From: Macrostomum lignano
Lineage: Eukaryota
Assembly (NCBI GenBank): GCA_002269645.1
Contig: NIVC01000576.1
Coordinates: 297,637-361,636 of the forward strand
Reading direction: 5' to 3'
DNA length: 64,000 nucleotides
Made by a program: the position numbers and the translations under genes. Below, one piece after another: positions 1 to 12,900 of the stretch. The first letter of the stretch is position 1. Each line of letters begins with the position of its first letter. The notes below the pieces were generated by a model, which worked only from the letters and a program-made list of their open reading frames with translations, did not search any database and was not told where the DNA came from.

Positions 1-2171
1 TCGACGTGGCGCTGTTCTTCGGCGAGCCGTCGCTCACCGTGTGCAACGTGCAGGCGTTTCTGTACCACTTCAGCCTCACGATGGTGTACGCGGCTCTGCT
101 GACCAAGAGCGCTCGGATCTACCGCGTGTTCGTGGGCTCCATGCGCGGCGCATCTGGACTCAGCTTTACCGGGCGTAAAGCTGTGGTTGTGATGACAATC
201 GTAGTTTGCCTGTTGCAGGTGAGTTTTTTTCTGCTAAAGCATCGATCCAAATGCTTATCTAGTTTTTTGTCCACAGACTTCGACAGTATCAATATTGATG
301 GTATATTAGAGTACATGAAAAACTCTCCTTTCTTTCTGCAATAATCTGTCTACCCGTTGTGCCGTTCAATTTTTTGTCAGTGGGATCCAGTTGCAATTAG
401 GAATTCAATCGGCTGCGCGGAGTAATGATCAGTCAGAAAACATTTGGACTTTTTACATCTCGATTGTTATACGATAGTTTAGGCTTAGATCTTGGCTTTA
501 TATGTAATGACTCGATATATGCAGCTCTGCAGTATAGCATCTCTACTAGTGATACGAAATTGAAAGTCTAGCCCACGAGATCGCTGAGGGATAGACAATA
601 GTTACTTTTTTATCATTGCAGCTTTATTTCCAACTAACGGTTATTAAAGAACCAGGGGGTTGCAATTGATTTCATATTGGGGGCAAAAAACAAAAATTTT
701 ACATGTAGATGCACATGACTAAATAAAATCGTGTTGTCAGCGCTCATTTTGGCGACACAGGAACTCATTTTAGCGCCGCAGGCACTTATTTTGGTGCCGC
801 ATGTGCTACTCGTATATTTTAGCACCCTGAAACACTATTATTGCAATATTTATTTTCACAACAGGTCAAAAGACTGCTTTTACTAGGGGGACATGTCCTG
901 CCTGTCCCCCCTGTACGCCCCTGTGCAGAACTACCTACATTTCCCGGGTCACTGAGACGGTCTGGGTGACAGTATTCTGTGGTCTCGGTTGAATTTATAG
1001 TAGGAGAGCTTGCCAATGTTTCAGCAACAATGTAGTCAGAAACCAAAGTCAGTTGTTCTTTCTGACAACCTACACTCTGTTGTGCTCAAATACTGCTAAA
1101 GCTAAGTAGCACGAGCGACTTTGTGAGGCTTACGAGTATTTTGCTTGTTTCGTAGTTTAATTTGAATGGGAATAAAAAGGTCGATATAGAGGATAGCAAC
1201 CTCCCAACGTCATTCATTCCAATGCATCCACGGTAGAGAGGACGGAGCACAAAGGCGGCACAATGTACAGCGCAATGGCTAACACCCATTTTCACGAGGC
1301 TCACAAAAGAGCCTAAGAGAAATGGAGGCAAACACAAAAGACTAAACAAGTGCATTGCATTTGCAGTTTGCCCAGCACAGATGCCATTATACTACACCTA
1401 GTTCACGCTAATGCAAAGATGAGACGGGCATTAATCCAACCTCTTAGCCATAACTCTCCATTCTCTCCTCAACAGCGGAAGCTGGGGCCAATTGTGGCGC
1501 AAATTGCCTCATCCACAGTTGAGTCGAGAGCCGCGGGAGTGGCGTGAATTGCGTCACTTGGGGCTGAGATCTGAGAGAAGTTTAATCGCTGGTTTTGGAG
1601 CGGGAATTCTCTAACATGTTGCTGAGTGTGTGTGCTGAGATCGGAATGAATCGAGCTGCTCTAAAACATTGATGTAGCTTTCTTCTCTAAACCTCAGGTG
1701 GTGCTCCTGTGCAGCGTTCTCAGTACGCGTCCGATCCGCCCCATCAAGCTGCTGCTCAACGGCCTCCGATCCGACGCCAGACCCGTCGTGGAGTTCCAGT
1801 GCGACTACTTCTCCAGCAGCCTGTGGATTCCCTACGCGCTCAACCTGCTGCTCATGCTGGTCACGTGCTCGCTGGCCGTGCGAGTTCGCAGCCTGCCGGA
1901 CAATTTCCACGACAGCAAGTGCATCCTGGCCTTCACGGCGTGCGCCACCTTCGTGTGGATCGCCTTCATTCCCAGCCTCGTCACGATGGCCTCGCTGACG
2001 TCAGCAGGCGCTCTGCTGGTCTTCGTTCTGCTGTTCACCAACCTGTTCGCGGTGAGCATCCTGTTCCTGCCCAAGGTCTACGCCGTGGTGTTCAACCGGG
2101 CCGATCTGGTAAAGAACTACAACGCCTCCATGATTGGAACGGCCGTTGACGAAACGACTGCGACTAATTAA
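1..2171 (+). CDS. Class C GPCR (metabotropic glutamate receptor-like), 3' part: exons <1..218 and 1698..2171 (TM2/3 to TM7 plus short C-tail); 5' end lies outside the window
   Basis: YAALLTKSARIYRVF matches the mGluR TM3/ICL2 motif YSALLTKTNRIARIF. RSLPDNFHDSK matches RNVPANFNEAK, followed by VWIAFIP (TM6) and LFLPKVYAVVF (TM7). Phase-0 intron: CAG|GTGAGT at 218/219 to CTCAG|GTG at 1697/1698. Stop TAA at 2169-2171. Confidence 0.9.
653..923. mobile_element. Degenerate hAT-type MITE in the GPCR intron, same family as 44038..44483
   Basis: Ends are CAGGGGGTTGCA and TGTACGCCCCTG (imperfect TIR). 8-bp flanks TAAAGAAC and TGCAGAAC match at 6/8. It shares the internal GCACTCATTTTAGCGCCGCAGGCAC-type subrepeats and the subterminal GGGGACATGTCC...TGTCCCCC with the 44 kb copy. 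Confidence 0.6.
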
Positions 2172-3053
2172 CGAGCGTCTCTGGAAGCATCAATGCAGAG
2201 ACAGTTTTTGCACTGTACTTGCCGATTTAAACATAAAGACGTTCAGTATTCTGATCTTCTGTCTGAGAAGATGGGAAACTTTGAAACTTTTTTACCTTCG
2301 AGCAGGCGATTGAAATTTGCCTCGGTATATTTTTGAAAAAAAGATTGAGGATCGAAAAATGGAGTCATGGACACTGGACAAGGCTTAACTTTTTGGGATT
2401 TGTGCTCGCACAAAGCGCCCCTACGAGTATGTGTGTCTGCGTACATGTTTTACCCGCAGGCACAAGTGCACAGTACTCGTTTACTTCGGCGTTGCACCTT
2501 CCAGATTGAATATTTTCGAAATTAGCGCACGGCACCTGGCAAAATAATTACTACAAATAAAGCGATATCTTTTTCTCGTTGTAATAAAATAGATTTTAAG
2601 CTAAATTACTCAAGTTCAACTTATAGCTTAATTTATTTAGTTGGATGTATATACTAAGTCTATAAGGCTTACGTTCTCGTATTATGTCCCCACTAATAAC
2701 CTTCGGATGTAGTTATGCACACTGGCACAGTAATAAAGTTACCTGTATAGAAATCCTCACATTTGCACAAGCAGATCGATAATATAACCGATCTCAAGAC
2801 ATGCTGATTTTAATTGATAAAATTTCACAAAGTGATTATATTTTGATTGTATGAAGATTACTTAATTATTCATAGCAATCAAAGTGGGCCTCCAGATTTC
2901 AGTTATTTGCAGTTACAAAAACTGACTGAGACTGCACCATAACTATACATCTCCTAACCTTAAAGACAGAAGTTGACAACTATTCATATTTCCACAAATT
3001 TAAGCACGCTTTAAGACAAGTTTTAGTGGCATATAAACATAAGTTCAGCGACA

Positions 3054-3168
3054 TAAATCACACTTCACTGGCATAAACACAATTAGTGATATAAACACAC
3101 TTCAGTGGCATAAACACACTTCAGTGGCATAAACACACTTCAGTGACATAAACACACTTCAGTGATAT
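3054..3168. repeat. Short minisatellite, 19-bp unit TAAACACACTTCAGTGGCA, ~6 degenerate copies
   Basis: Read directly from the sequence. Confidence 0.8.
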
Positions 3169-3472
3169 ATAAATATCTGATAGACATCATTTTAGAGACA
3201 AACAAACAACCAATTTTATGGACATCATAAACACCACTTTAGGCATCTTTGATACAAAGGCCGAATTTTTTCTTCGATCTCATGGTATTATACATGTATT
3301 CTGAAATCGATTCAAATCAAAACAAAGCCGCATCTCGCCTACAATGTTTGTGACAATTGTGACAAAGTCCTGCTTTATATCAAAATTGTAACGTTGTCAT
3401 TGTCAGAACGGTGGTTTACATTTGTTTATTTGTAAACTTCCATTAAGCGTCTTCTCAATTTTCTTCAAAAAA

Positions 3473-3812
3473 AGACACCCGCCCCACTCCCTGATAGTTT
3501 CCTACCCCTCCAAAGACACCCACCTCACTTCCTGATAGTTTCCTACCACTCTGCAGACACCCACCTCACTCCCGGATAGTTTCCAACCCCCATAGACACC
3601 CACCTCACTCCCTGATAGTTTCCAACCCCCATAGACACCCACCTCACTCCCTGATAGTTTCCAACCCCCATAGACACCCACCTCACTCCCTGATAGTTTC
3701 CAACCCCCATAGACACCCACCTCACTCCCTGATAGTTTCCAACCCCCATAGACACCCACCTCACTCCCTGATAGTTTCCAACCCCTCCATACACACCCAC
3801 TTCACTCCCTGG
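3473..3812 (+). repeat. Minisatellite, 39-bp unit CATAGACACCCACCTCACTCCCTGATAGTTTCCAACCCC, ~8 copies
   Basis: Period measured as 39 (3591 to 3630). An inverted copy of the same family lies at 4236..4742. Confidence 0.95.
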
Positions 3813-3961
3813 TCGTTTACTGCCCTTCACGGCTTATTTATAAATTAATTTGCTACAATACGAGCGTAATATATGAACGAGAATGATAGTGACGATAAGG
3901 ACTAATTGAAAGATAATTAGCTACAAATCATGGCACAAAACTGGACCAATTAGTTCCCAAA

Positions 3962-6900
3962 TCAGTCGTAGAATCCACCAAAATCTTCGTCTTCATCTTC
4001 AGCGTGCGTCGGTGGCGGCTTCTGTTGTGTGACTTGGCCGCTGGCTGTCAGGTGACTTTTCAGGGTGCCGCCGCCACTCAGTCGAAGCCGGAATGAGTTC
4101 TCTAGCTCAGAGTCGATGTCAGACTCAAGATCGTTGTCTACAAATTGACAGGGAACAAAACCTATGAGTATGGGATTCGAGTGTCTGAGCTGTGTATGAT
4201 GAAAAATTTAAATTTACGCAGTGATCTGGAGGTATCTATCAGGGAGTGAGGTGGGTGTCTATGGAGTGGTAGGAAACTATCAGGGAGTGAGGTTGGTGTC
4301 TGCGGAGGGTTAGAAAGCTATCAGGGAGTGAGGTGGGTGTCTTTGGAGGGGTAAGAACTATCAAGGAGTGAAGTGGGTGCCTTTGAAGGGATAGAAAACT
4401 ACCAGGGAGTGAGGTTAAAGGGGTAGAAAACTATCAGGGAGTGATGTGGGTGTCTATGGAGTAGTAGGAAACTATCAGGGAGTGATGTGGGTGTCTATGG
4501 AGTAGTAGGAAACTATCAGGGAGTGATGTGGGTGTCTATGGAGTAGTAGGAAACTATCAGGGAGTGATGTGGGTGTCTATGGAGTGGTAGAAAACTATCA
4601 GGGAGTGAGGTTGGTGTCTATGAAGGGGTAGAAAACTATCAGGGAGTGATGTGGGTGTCTATGGAGTGGTAGAAAACTATCAGGGAGTGATGTGGGTGTC
4701 TATGGAGTAGTAGGAAACTACCAGGGAGTGAGGTGGGTGTCTGCCGAAAACGATTTAGCTACTTTTATTAGAATGCTTAATGCTTTGGAGTTTCTCGATA
4801 TTCCGTGATGAATTTTTAGTCGTCTATTAATCTGACACCTCTTGGGCTGCAGCAATTAATTATGACGTCAACTGTGAAACTAAAGACATGCTGAAAACTG
4901 AAAACGGTATCTATTTTGGTTAGTGTAAGAAGGCAATTTCATTTACACATCGCTCATGCTCAATGCTCATCACCTCTTCTTCTCTTTTGATAAATTGAAA
5001 TTGTGATTTCGCTTTAATCCTAAAATTAAGGTGAGAACAAACGATAAGCCGCCGTGAAGAATTACCTGTATCATCTGTCTTCTCATCTGATTAAAATTGA
5101 GATAAATAATAATTGAAATCAGGGTTCTATAGATGCAGTTAGATGAACTTGTTATTGGGTTAGTTAATTTAAATTTCACACCTCAATCAACTCACCGTCT
5201 TTATTCGCTAGCGGCTGAGGACTCCACAGTTTATCGCCCGATTCAACTTGCGGCTCCTTTGATCTTGCCGCCGAACCAGCCGGAGCAGCCGGCGCCTTTG
5301 ATGTTGGCGTTGTTTGATCGTCAAACGATTTGTTGAGATTTGCGCTGGCGCCCAGGGCACCCTGGAGCAGTTTCTGGTAGGCGTTTGAGCCTGCGGGGCA
5401 GTGCGACGGGTCGGTGGGGTTTTTGTATACAGTTTATAGAATAGACCCACTTATATGATAGATTATTAAGATAAAAATGCTTTAAACAACTAAAAATACA
5501 CATTGCGTAATTTTTATAATACGCTTATTTGATAATGGATGACGTTCCTGCTTAACAGGGGATATTACTATCTAACAGGTGACGCTATCCTCTGTCTAAC
5601 AGGTGACGCTATCCTCTGTCTAACAGGTGACGCTATCCTCTGTCTAACAGGTGACGCTATCCTCTGTCTAACAGGTGACGCTATCCTCTGTCTAACAGGT
5701 GACGCTATCCTCTGTCTAACAGGTGACGCTATCCTCTGTCTAAAAGGTGACGCTATCCTCTGTCTAACAGGTGACGCTATCCTCTGTCTAAAAGGTGACG
5801 CTATCCTCTGTCTAACAGGTGACGCTATCCTCTGTCTAACAGGTGACGCTATCCTCTGTCTAACAGGTGACGCTATCCTCTGTCTAACAGGTGATGCTAT
5901 CCTCTGTCTAACATGTGACACACCTGTCTAACAGGTGACACACCTGTCTAACAGGTGGCACTCCTGTCTAACAGGTGGCATTATCCTGTCTAACATGTGA
6001 TACTCCTGTCTAACTGATGAGACTCCTATCCAACAGGTGGCACTCCTGTCTAACAGGTGGCATTATCCTGTCTAAAAGATGCCGCCTCTGCATACGAAGT
6101 AATAGATTAATCCTCTTTCTGATCTCCAGGTGACAACTTTCAACATAAGACACGATTCTTTCTGGTTAACGGTCAAACACAGTCAGTTTAGCGTACGTGA
6201 ATCAACCCGTTTGTCAATTACGGGATAGATCTTTGTGAAAATAAATTTTATTAACTTATAATTAACCAAATTTCCATGACGGGAGACTCCTCGGAGAAGT
6301 TTCTTATCGATTTGTCGTTTTAGTTTAAAAACAAGTGCCAACTATCTTAAAAATTATATTCAGGCAGCAATTAAAATTTTCTTATATTAAATTTGAAATT
6401 GAATTTCAAAGAGAATGTAAGAAGAGCCTGATGTCTGTGGTTTTAAGAATGGGCATTCGGTTAGCCTGATGTCTATGGTTTTAAGAATGGGCATTCGGTT
6501 AGCCTGATGTCTATGGCTCTACGAGTGCAATGTGAAGGTAGAGAGAGCCTGATGTCTATGGCTCTAAGAGTGCAGTGGGAAGGTAGAGAGAGCCTGATGT
6601 CTATGGCTCTAAGAGTGCAGTTGGAAGGTAGAGAGAGCCTGATGTCTATGGCTCTAAGAGTGCAGTTGGAAGGTAGAGAGAGCCTGATGTCTATGGCTCT
6701 AAGAGTGCAATGAGAAGGTAGAGAGAGCCTGATGTCTATGGCTCTAAGAGTGCAATGAGAAGGTAGAGAGAGCCTAATGTCTATGGCTCTAAGAGTGCAA
6801 TGAGAAGGTAGAGAGAGCCTGAAGTCTATGGCTCTAAGAGTGCAGTTGGAAGGTAGAGAGAGCCTGATGTCTATGGCTCTAAGAGTGCAATGAGAAGGTA

Positions 6901-9900
6901 GAGAGAGCCTGATGTCTATGGCTCTAAGAGTGCAATGAGAAGGTAGAGAGAGCCTAATGTCTATGGCTCTAAGAGTGCAATGAGAAGGTAGAGAGAGCCT
7001 GATGTCTATGGCTCTAAGAGTGCAATGAGAAGGTAGAGAGAGCCTAATGTCTATGGCTCTAAGAGTGCAATGAGAAGGTAGAGAGAGCCTAATGTCTATG
7101 GCTCTAAGAGTGCAATGAGAAGGTAGAGAGAGCCTGAAGTCTAGTCTATGGCCTATAAAAGTACAATCGGGAAAGAGAGCGGCAGAGTTAACAGTGACAC
7201 AGTAGAGTAAAGCTTATATTCTCCATCAGAGAAGCGGAATGCAGACACAAATTTGCTACAGATTTATTCTCCTCAGATTTTGCTGCAAAAGAAGAAGCTT
7301 TTCTCTTAATGAACTCAACCGAAACGACAGCAAAGAGTCTGCTAGTCGGCCCTTCTGGTAAAAAATTCTGTCTGTTTTTGTTCGGCACTAATTTTCAGAT
7401 AGAAAACCTCCCACACGAAAGCAGTTAATCGAGATAGGCCCGAGGCAATGCTCAGCAGAGAGAGAGAGAGGGAGAGAGGGAGACTCGTGCTATCAGTTTG
7501 GCGAGAGTGATATGTGTGCCTCTATCATTGGTGACCCAACTAGTCTTATCTGTGCCCAACGAAATCAGATTCTACACATACAGTAACTCTATCGCAGGAC
7601 TACAAAAACTCTGGCATGTAGATCTTGCAGTTTTGAAATATTAGACAGAGGGAGAAACCTAGCTCTTCAAGATCAAGTTGCACTAGACTCTACAGACCTC
7701 AGCAACACAAGTCTCAATGGCAAGTTCGGAAAGCAGCTCGAAGCTGCAGGTGGCCGAGTCGGAGGTTCGCGTACAGATGGAGGACGAGTCCAAAGCGGAC
7801 GTGCACGAACGCGATCCGTTGAAGATCAATGGTGATTTGCACGTACGCTGGGAGGAAGTGTTCGGAGAGCCGCATCATACGGTGTACTCATTTGATGGAG
7901 TGTGGAAGCTGGCGCACAAGGTCTACTACACGGTGAAGCTGTGGACCTACAGAATTCTCACATTGATTTGCGCCGTGCCTGCTGCCTGCTACTGGGGCTT
8001 CGAATTCGCCTGTCTCGCGTGCAACATCATCTGGTGCTGGAGACCGGCGCTGAGAGCCTTCGAAATGCAGGCCAAGATGCTGAAGCTATTCTACTCCATC
8101 ACCCTGTCAATCTTCCTGGAACCGTTGGTCAGCACGCTGGCATTGTGCTTCTCCAAAATTCAAGTCGAAGTGGTCAACAAGTGAAGAGTGCCGATCGGAG
8201 TTGTGACCGAAATTCAACTCTTTGAAAACGATAATTTGCTACTAAAAGTGTAGTATTCATGTTGAACTTGTTCACGATTAAAATATAACTTTCTTTGTAG
8301 AATTTTTTGCAGAAGAAATGCGTGATTAATTACCCTGTTTTATAGCCCCCCCGACGGTCTGAGTTCGTGACATTTTTGTTTAAAAAATCTGCAAATACAT
8401 GCAGCAAGAAAATTCTATTATCTGTCAATTTAAAAAACTCATAAATATTATTCTACACAACACGCACAAACCACTCTACTTCCAATAGAGAAAAAGCATT
8501 CTTCGTACATCTTCCACTAACCTAATTAGTGAAACATGATCTCATTATTAGCTTTACTAGCAATCTAGTGCCTCCCCTTCAAGGATCACCTTATTCGAGT
8601 AAGTTACGGAAAAAAGAAATCTGCTATAAATCTCTTTTTTCGAAAAGTAACAAAAGGACACAACAAAATAAAGCCTTCACAAAGATAGTAAGCATCCCCA
8701 AAATAGCAAGCATAGATACCAAACCATCCCCCAGATAGCAAGCATCCCCAGATACAGATAGCAAGCATCCCCCAGATAGCAAGCATCCCCCAGATAGCAA
8801 GCATCCCCCAGATAGCAAGCATCCCCCAGATAGCAAGCATCCCAGATAGCAAGCAAGATAGCAAGCATCCCCAGATAGCAAGCATCCCCCAGATAGCAAG
8901 CATCCCCCAGATAGCAAGCATCCCCCAGATAGCAAGCATCCCCCAGATAGCAAGCATCCCCCAGATAGCAAGCATCCCCCAGATAGCAAGCATCCCCAGA
9001 TAGCAAGCATCCCCCAGATAGCAAGCATCCCCCAGATAGCAAGCATCCCCCAGATAGCAAGCATCCCCCAGATAGCAAGCATGCCCCAGATAGCAAGCAT
9101 CCCACAGATGGCAAGTAGCTAGTACAAAAATTGGTACTTAAAAACTACGAGCTACTATTAGTAGAGTAAAAGCATTTTATTTCTTTTTTAAAGAAAAAAT
9201 CTCAAAAAGCTCACCCTTGAGATTCGGCTGCGGCGAATCGTGAGAAAAGAAGCCGCTGCGATTGGTGCCGGACTGCATGGTGAGCTCCGTGATGCTGCTC
9301 TCGTCTGCGCTGTCGTCTTGCAGAGCGGCGGCGTACGCTGTAGGTAAAAGTGGAGAATAAGCGGATGATCAAAAAAAAACTTCTGCTTCTACCAAATTCA
9401 GGACAGAAACTTCGCGAAGCTTCACCTCGAACGTGCGAGTCCGAACTGCTTGCGCGTAGCTCAGGATTCCCCGTGACATTCAAGCTGTCGCCGCCGCCGA
9501 CTCGTACAGCCGCCGCCGGCTTGCCACCGCCCGCGATCTCCACGTCGAAGCCGCCATTGTCGTCGTCCTCATCTTCCTCGTCGTCGGCCTCTTCAACGAA
9601 AGAGCCGGCGGTGGCTTGCATCGACTCGCCGACGACCGGACGCTGCGGCTCCGGCTGCGGTTTCGGCTGCGGCCGTCGATCCGAAGCGATGGTCACAGAC
9701 TCCTCGTCATCATCATCATCATCTTCGCCTTCATCAATATCCCGCAGGTCTTCACCGTTGCCACCAGCCGGCAGATTGAGTATCCTGACGGCCTCGTTGA
9801 CCAGGCGGTCGCTGACGCTGGCCGGACTCGACTGCGGCAGCAGCGACGGGCAGAACAGGCGCGCCACGTCGAGCGCCGAACGACCGGTGCGCTGCTTCAG

Positions 9901-12900
9901 GCGCCTCATATGGCGCAATAAACGGCGCCAGAGAGAGCGCGCCTCCGCGTCGCCGATATTCATGTCAATTTGGCGGTCCAGCTGGCGCGGGTCCGACACG
10001 CCCGATAGGGCCGACACCAGCTGCTCGGTGAAGACGCAGCCGCCAGGCAGGCGGGTGGCAACCAACAGATCGAGCTCTTCTAGTAGCAGAGCTGTTGCAG
10101 AAACCTGTGATTTTTTTAAGTTGGAGTTCGTAGCTAAACTCCCTGATACTAAACTGTCTGACACTGGACTGTCTGACACTGGACTGTCTGACACTGGACT
10201 TGTCTGACACTGGACTGTCTGACACTGGACTGTCTGACACTGGACTGTCTGACACTGGACTGTCTGACACTGGACTGTCTGACACTGGACTGTCTGACAC
10301 TGGACTGTCTGACACTGGACTGTCTGACACTGGACTGTCTGACACTGGACTTGTCTGACACTGGACTGTCTGACACTGGACTGTCTGACACTGGACTGTC
10401 TGACACTGAACTGTCTGACACTGAACTGTGAATGGTTGTTAACACAAAACTGAACTATCACCACGTCAAAGTTACGAAAATGTAAGGCAAAATCAATAAC
10501 AGAGAGAGACAAACTCAACATTCCCCTACCGCAGACACGTGACTCGGCAGGCCGCCACCAGAGTTCGCAGCCGAGCAGATCTCCGCTCGAAGAGCATCTG
10601 ACGGAGCCGAGGTCGCATAGTAACCAGCCAGGATACGAGGTTGAGCTCGTTTCATCTCCGAGTCCACGAAGTCGAGCAGGCAGTGCAGGCCAGTCAGGGT
10701 CAGATCTGACAGGCCTTCGGCGGTGGAATCCACGCTGTCTGTCGTCGCAGATTTCGTCGTGGACGGCGCTGGAGCCGGTGGTGGCCGCGGCTGCTGTTGT
10801 TGCTGCTGCTGCTCATTTGAAGTCGCCAACTCCAACGTTTTGCCTCGAGGAGTTTTCTGCCGAGCCGTGTCTCCCAGCTGACTGCCGGATCTTCAAATGG
10901 ATAAAAATGTTGGAAGATATGGTCATCTACTAGTGGCAGTAGTAAGAACAGTATATGTACGGTACGGTAAAAGCTTGACAGATGGTCTTCATTTCCGACC
11001 TGTGAAGGGACTTTTAGCCCAGTGGTTAGAATGTCGGACTCATGACCAAAAAGATTCAATTTGTGTCCTTGAGCAAGAGACACTTAACTCTGCATTGCTT
11101 CAGTTCACTCAGCTGTAAAATGGGTGCCAGCATTAGCTGGGGTAATTGAGGCTGTCAAGAAGCGTCCCAGAGTCAACTTGCGTCGCCCCAGAATAGTTTA
11201 AGAATCTTTGCAGGTAATGCTGGTAAAATAAGAAAGAAGTGACTGTAGACGACTGTAAAACGACGTGAAATGTCACGGTACAAGTCGCCAAAAAGTCGCC
11301 AAATAATCGCCTAAGAGTCAGTCTGAGGAGTTTTATTATCTGCGATTCTGAAACGACTCTGTGGCGCTTCTATGATGACTCTTGGGGCCGTAGAGTCGTG
11401 TCTGAGGTTCTTGCGCACGAACAAGAAATCATGAACTCCGGCAGCTTTGACTCGAGGTCGAGCGCATTACTGCTGAGCTACCATAGCCATTTTGTTTGCA
11501 TTGGAGTAATGCTGGTGGAGCAGAGCCGTACCTGGGGCCTATTTCATAAAGCACTATTTGTCGGACAAATTACAAGTGACAAGTGACAATTCCTCAAAAT
11601 AATGCGTTTCATAAAAACAAGCTACAACTTGACAAATCGACAAGTTACAAGTGACAAGTGACAAGCGAAATTTGACAAATTACAAGCGCTCCTTCGGGGG
11701 TTTCGTCCATAGACATGCACTAAGCTGGATGCTTCTGTGAGAAAATACTTCCTCTTGTCTTGTGTTTTTGACAAGTCGCTGTGACACTTGTAGCTTTATT
11801 AAAGCTGTGTATTCAAGCCCGAAAAGAACGCAGAAGCCGTCTTGAAAGCAAGTCTGTCTAAAACTCAGATCCTAAAATTGTGGTCTGTGGTCTAAAGGCT
11901 GGATTGATTTCATATGGTATCTCAACCATAGACATAAAATTTAGTTATTTTTAACACGAGCAAGGACCCATGTTTATGAAACCAAAATCGTTGACACTTG
12001 TCACTTGTCACTTGTCATTTGTCGACTTGTCACTTGTCACTTGTAGTTTCTTTGTAAAATCGGCACCTGACACATCCTGATGTTTACTGCAGAACGAGAG
12101 GCAAAGCAGCAAAGTACATTCATTTTGGGCTTGTGCCGGGTATACTAGTAGTGCAATTCGCACCCACGAAGGCCAACCCCAAGGCATAGGGAGGGTACAT
12201 TCCTGACGATTAGGTCAGGGCCTCTGTACACCCTGTGTGAGCGTGTGCATGAGTGCGTACCTGTGTACAGTATTGGCTATTAGTATTGGGTTACTCAATG
12301 AGCTTACTTAGAAAACCCAGTGGAGTCCATGGTGGATTCAGTTAGGCCAAGCAGGGCGCCGCTGGTGTTCCAGCCGCCGCCGCCGCCGCTAGCTGCAGCT
12401 TTGGCAGCCGCGGTGCTGGCGCCGCCCGACCTGCTCAGCTGAGACAGGTTCAGCGGCGGGACACTGCTGGTGTCCAAGCCTGAGCTTTCCCTCAGCGTGG
12501 CGGAGCCCCTGGTGGCAAGATTCGCACCAGTTGAAGCGCCCGAAGCTGCAGCTGGTGGCGCAGACTTCTCTAGAGATTCTGTTGACGTCTGTCTGCGCAG
12601 ATAGTCAATGATATCGTCGCGCCAGCGCGGTCCGTGCTCGGCCAGAATTGCGTCTCGCTTAGCGCGCAATTGGCCAGCTCGACGATCCAAAGAGCGCAGA
12701 GTGGTTTCTGCGCGTTCGAGGTCTGCTAGGAGCTGCTGAGCCCGATGGTGCATTGAAGTCTCGCGCTGGCAGAGGTCCTGGTAGTAGCCGGATAGGGCTG
12801 TTGAGGTCGCGCCGCCAGAGCTGGAAAATGGTCCGAAATGGTAAGCAACAGCATGGAGACAGGAGTGCCAACCAATCAGATCAGAGATGAGCCAGAAGAC

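Noticed and set aside
3473-4742. Foldback or Pack-type transposon that captured an exon
   Set aside because: No target-site duplication at the outer ends, and the enclosed exon splices in phase to the rest of KIZ. Kept only as an inverted-repeat finding.
9211-10521. 436-aa single ORF treated as a stand-alone gene
   Set aside because: It is KIZ exon 5 (10104-9426) read through into an intronic repeat upstream and across an 88-nt intron downstream. The opposite-strand ORF 9350-10207 is its antisense shadow.
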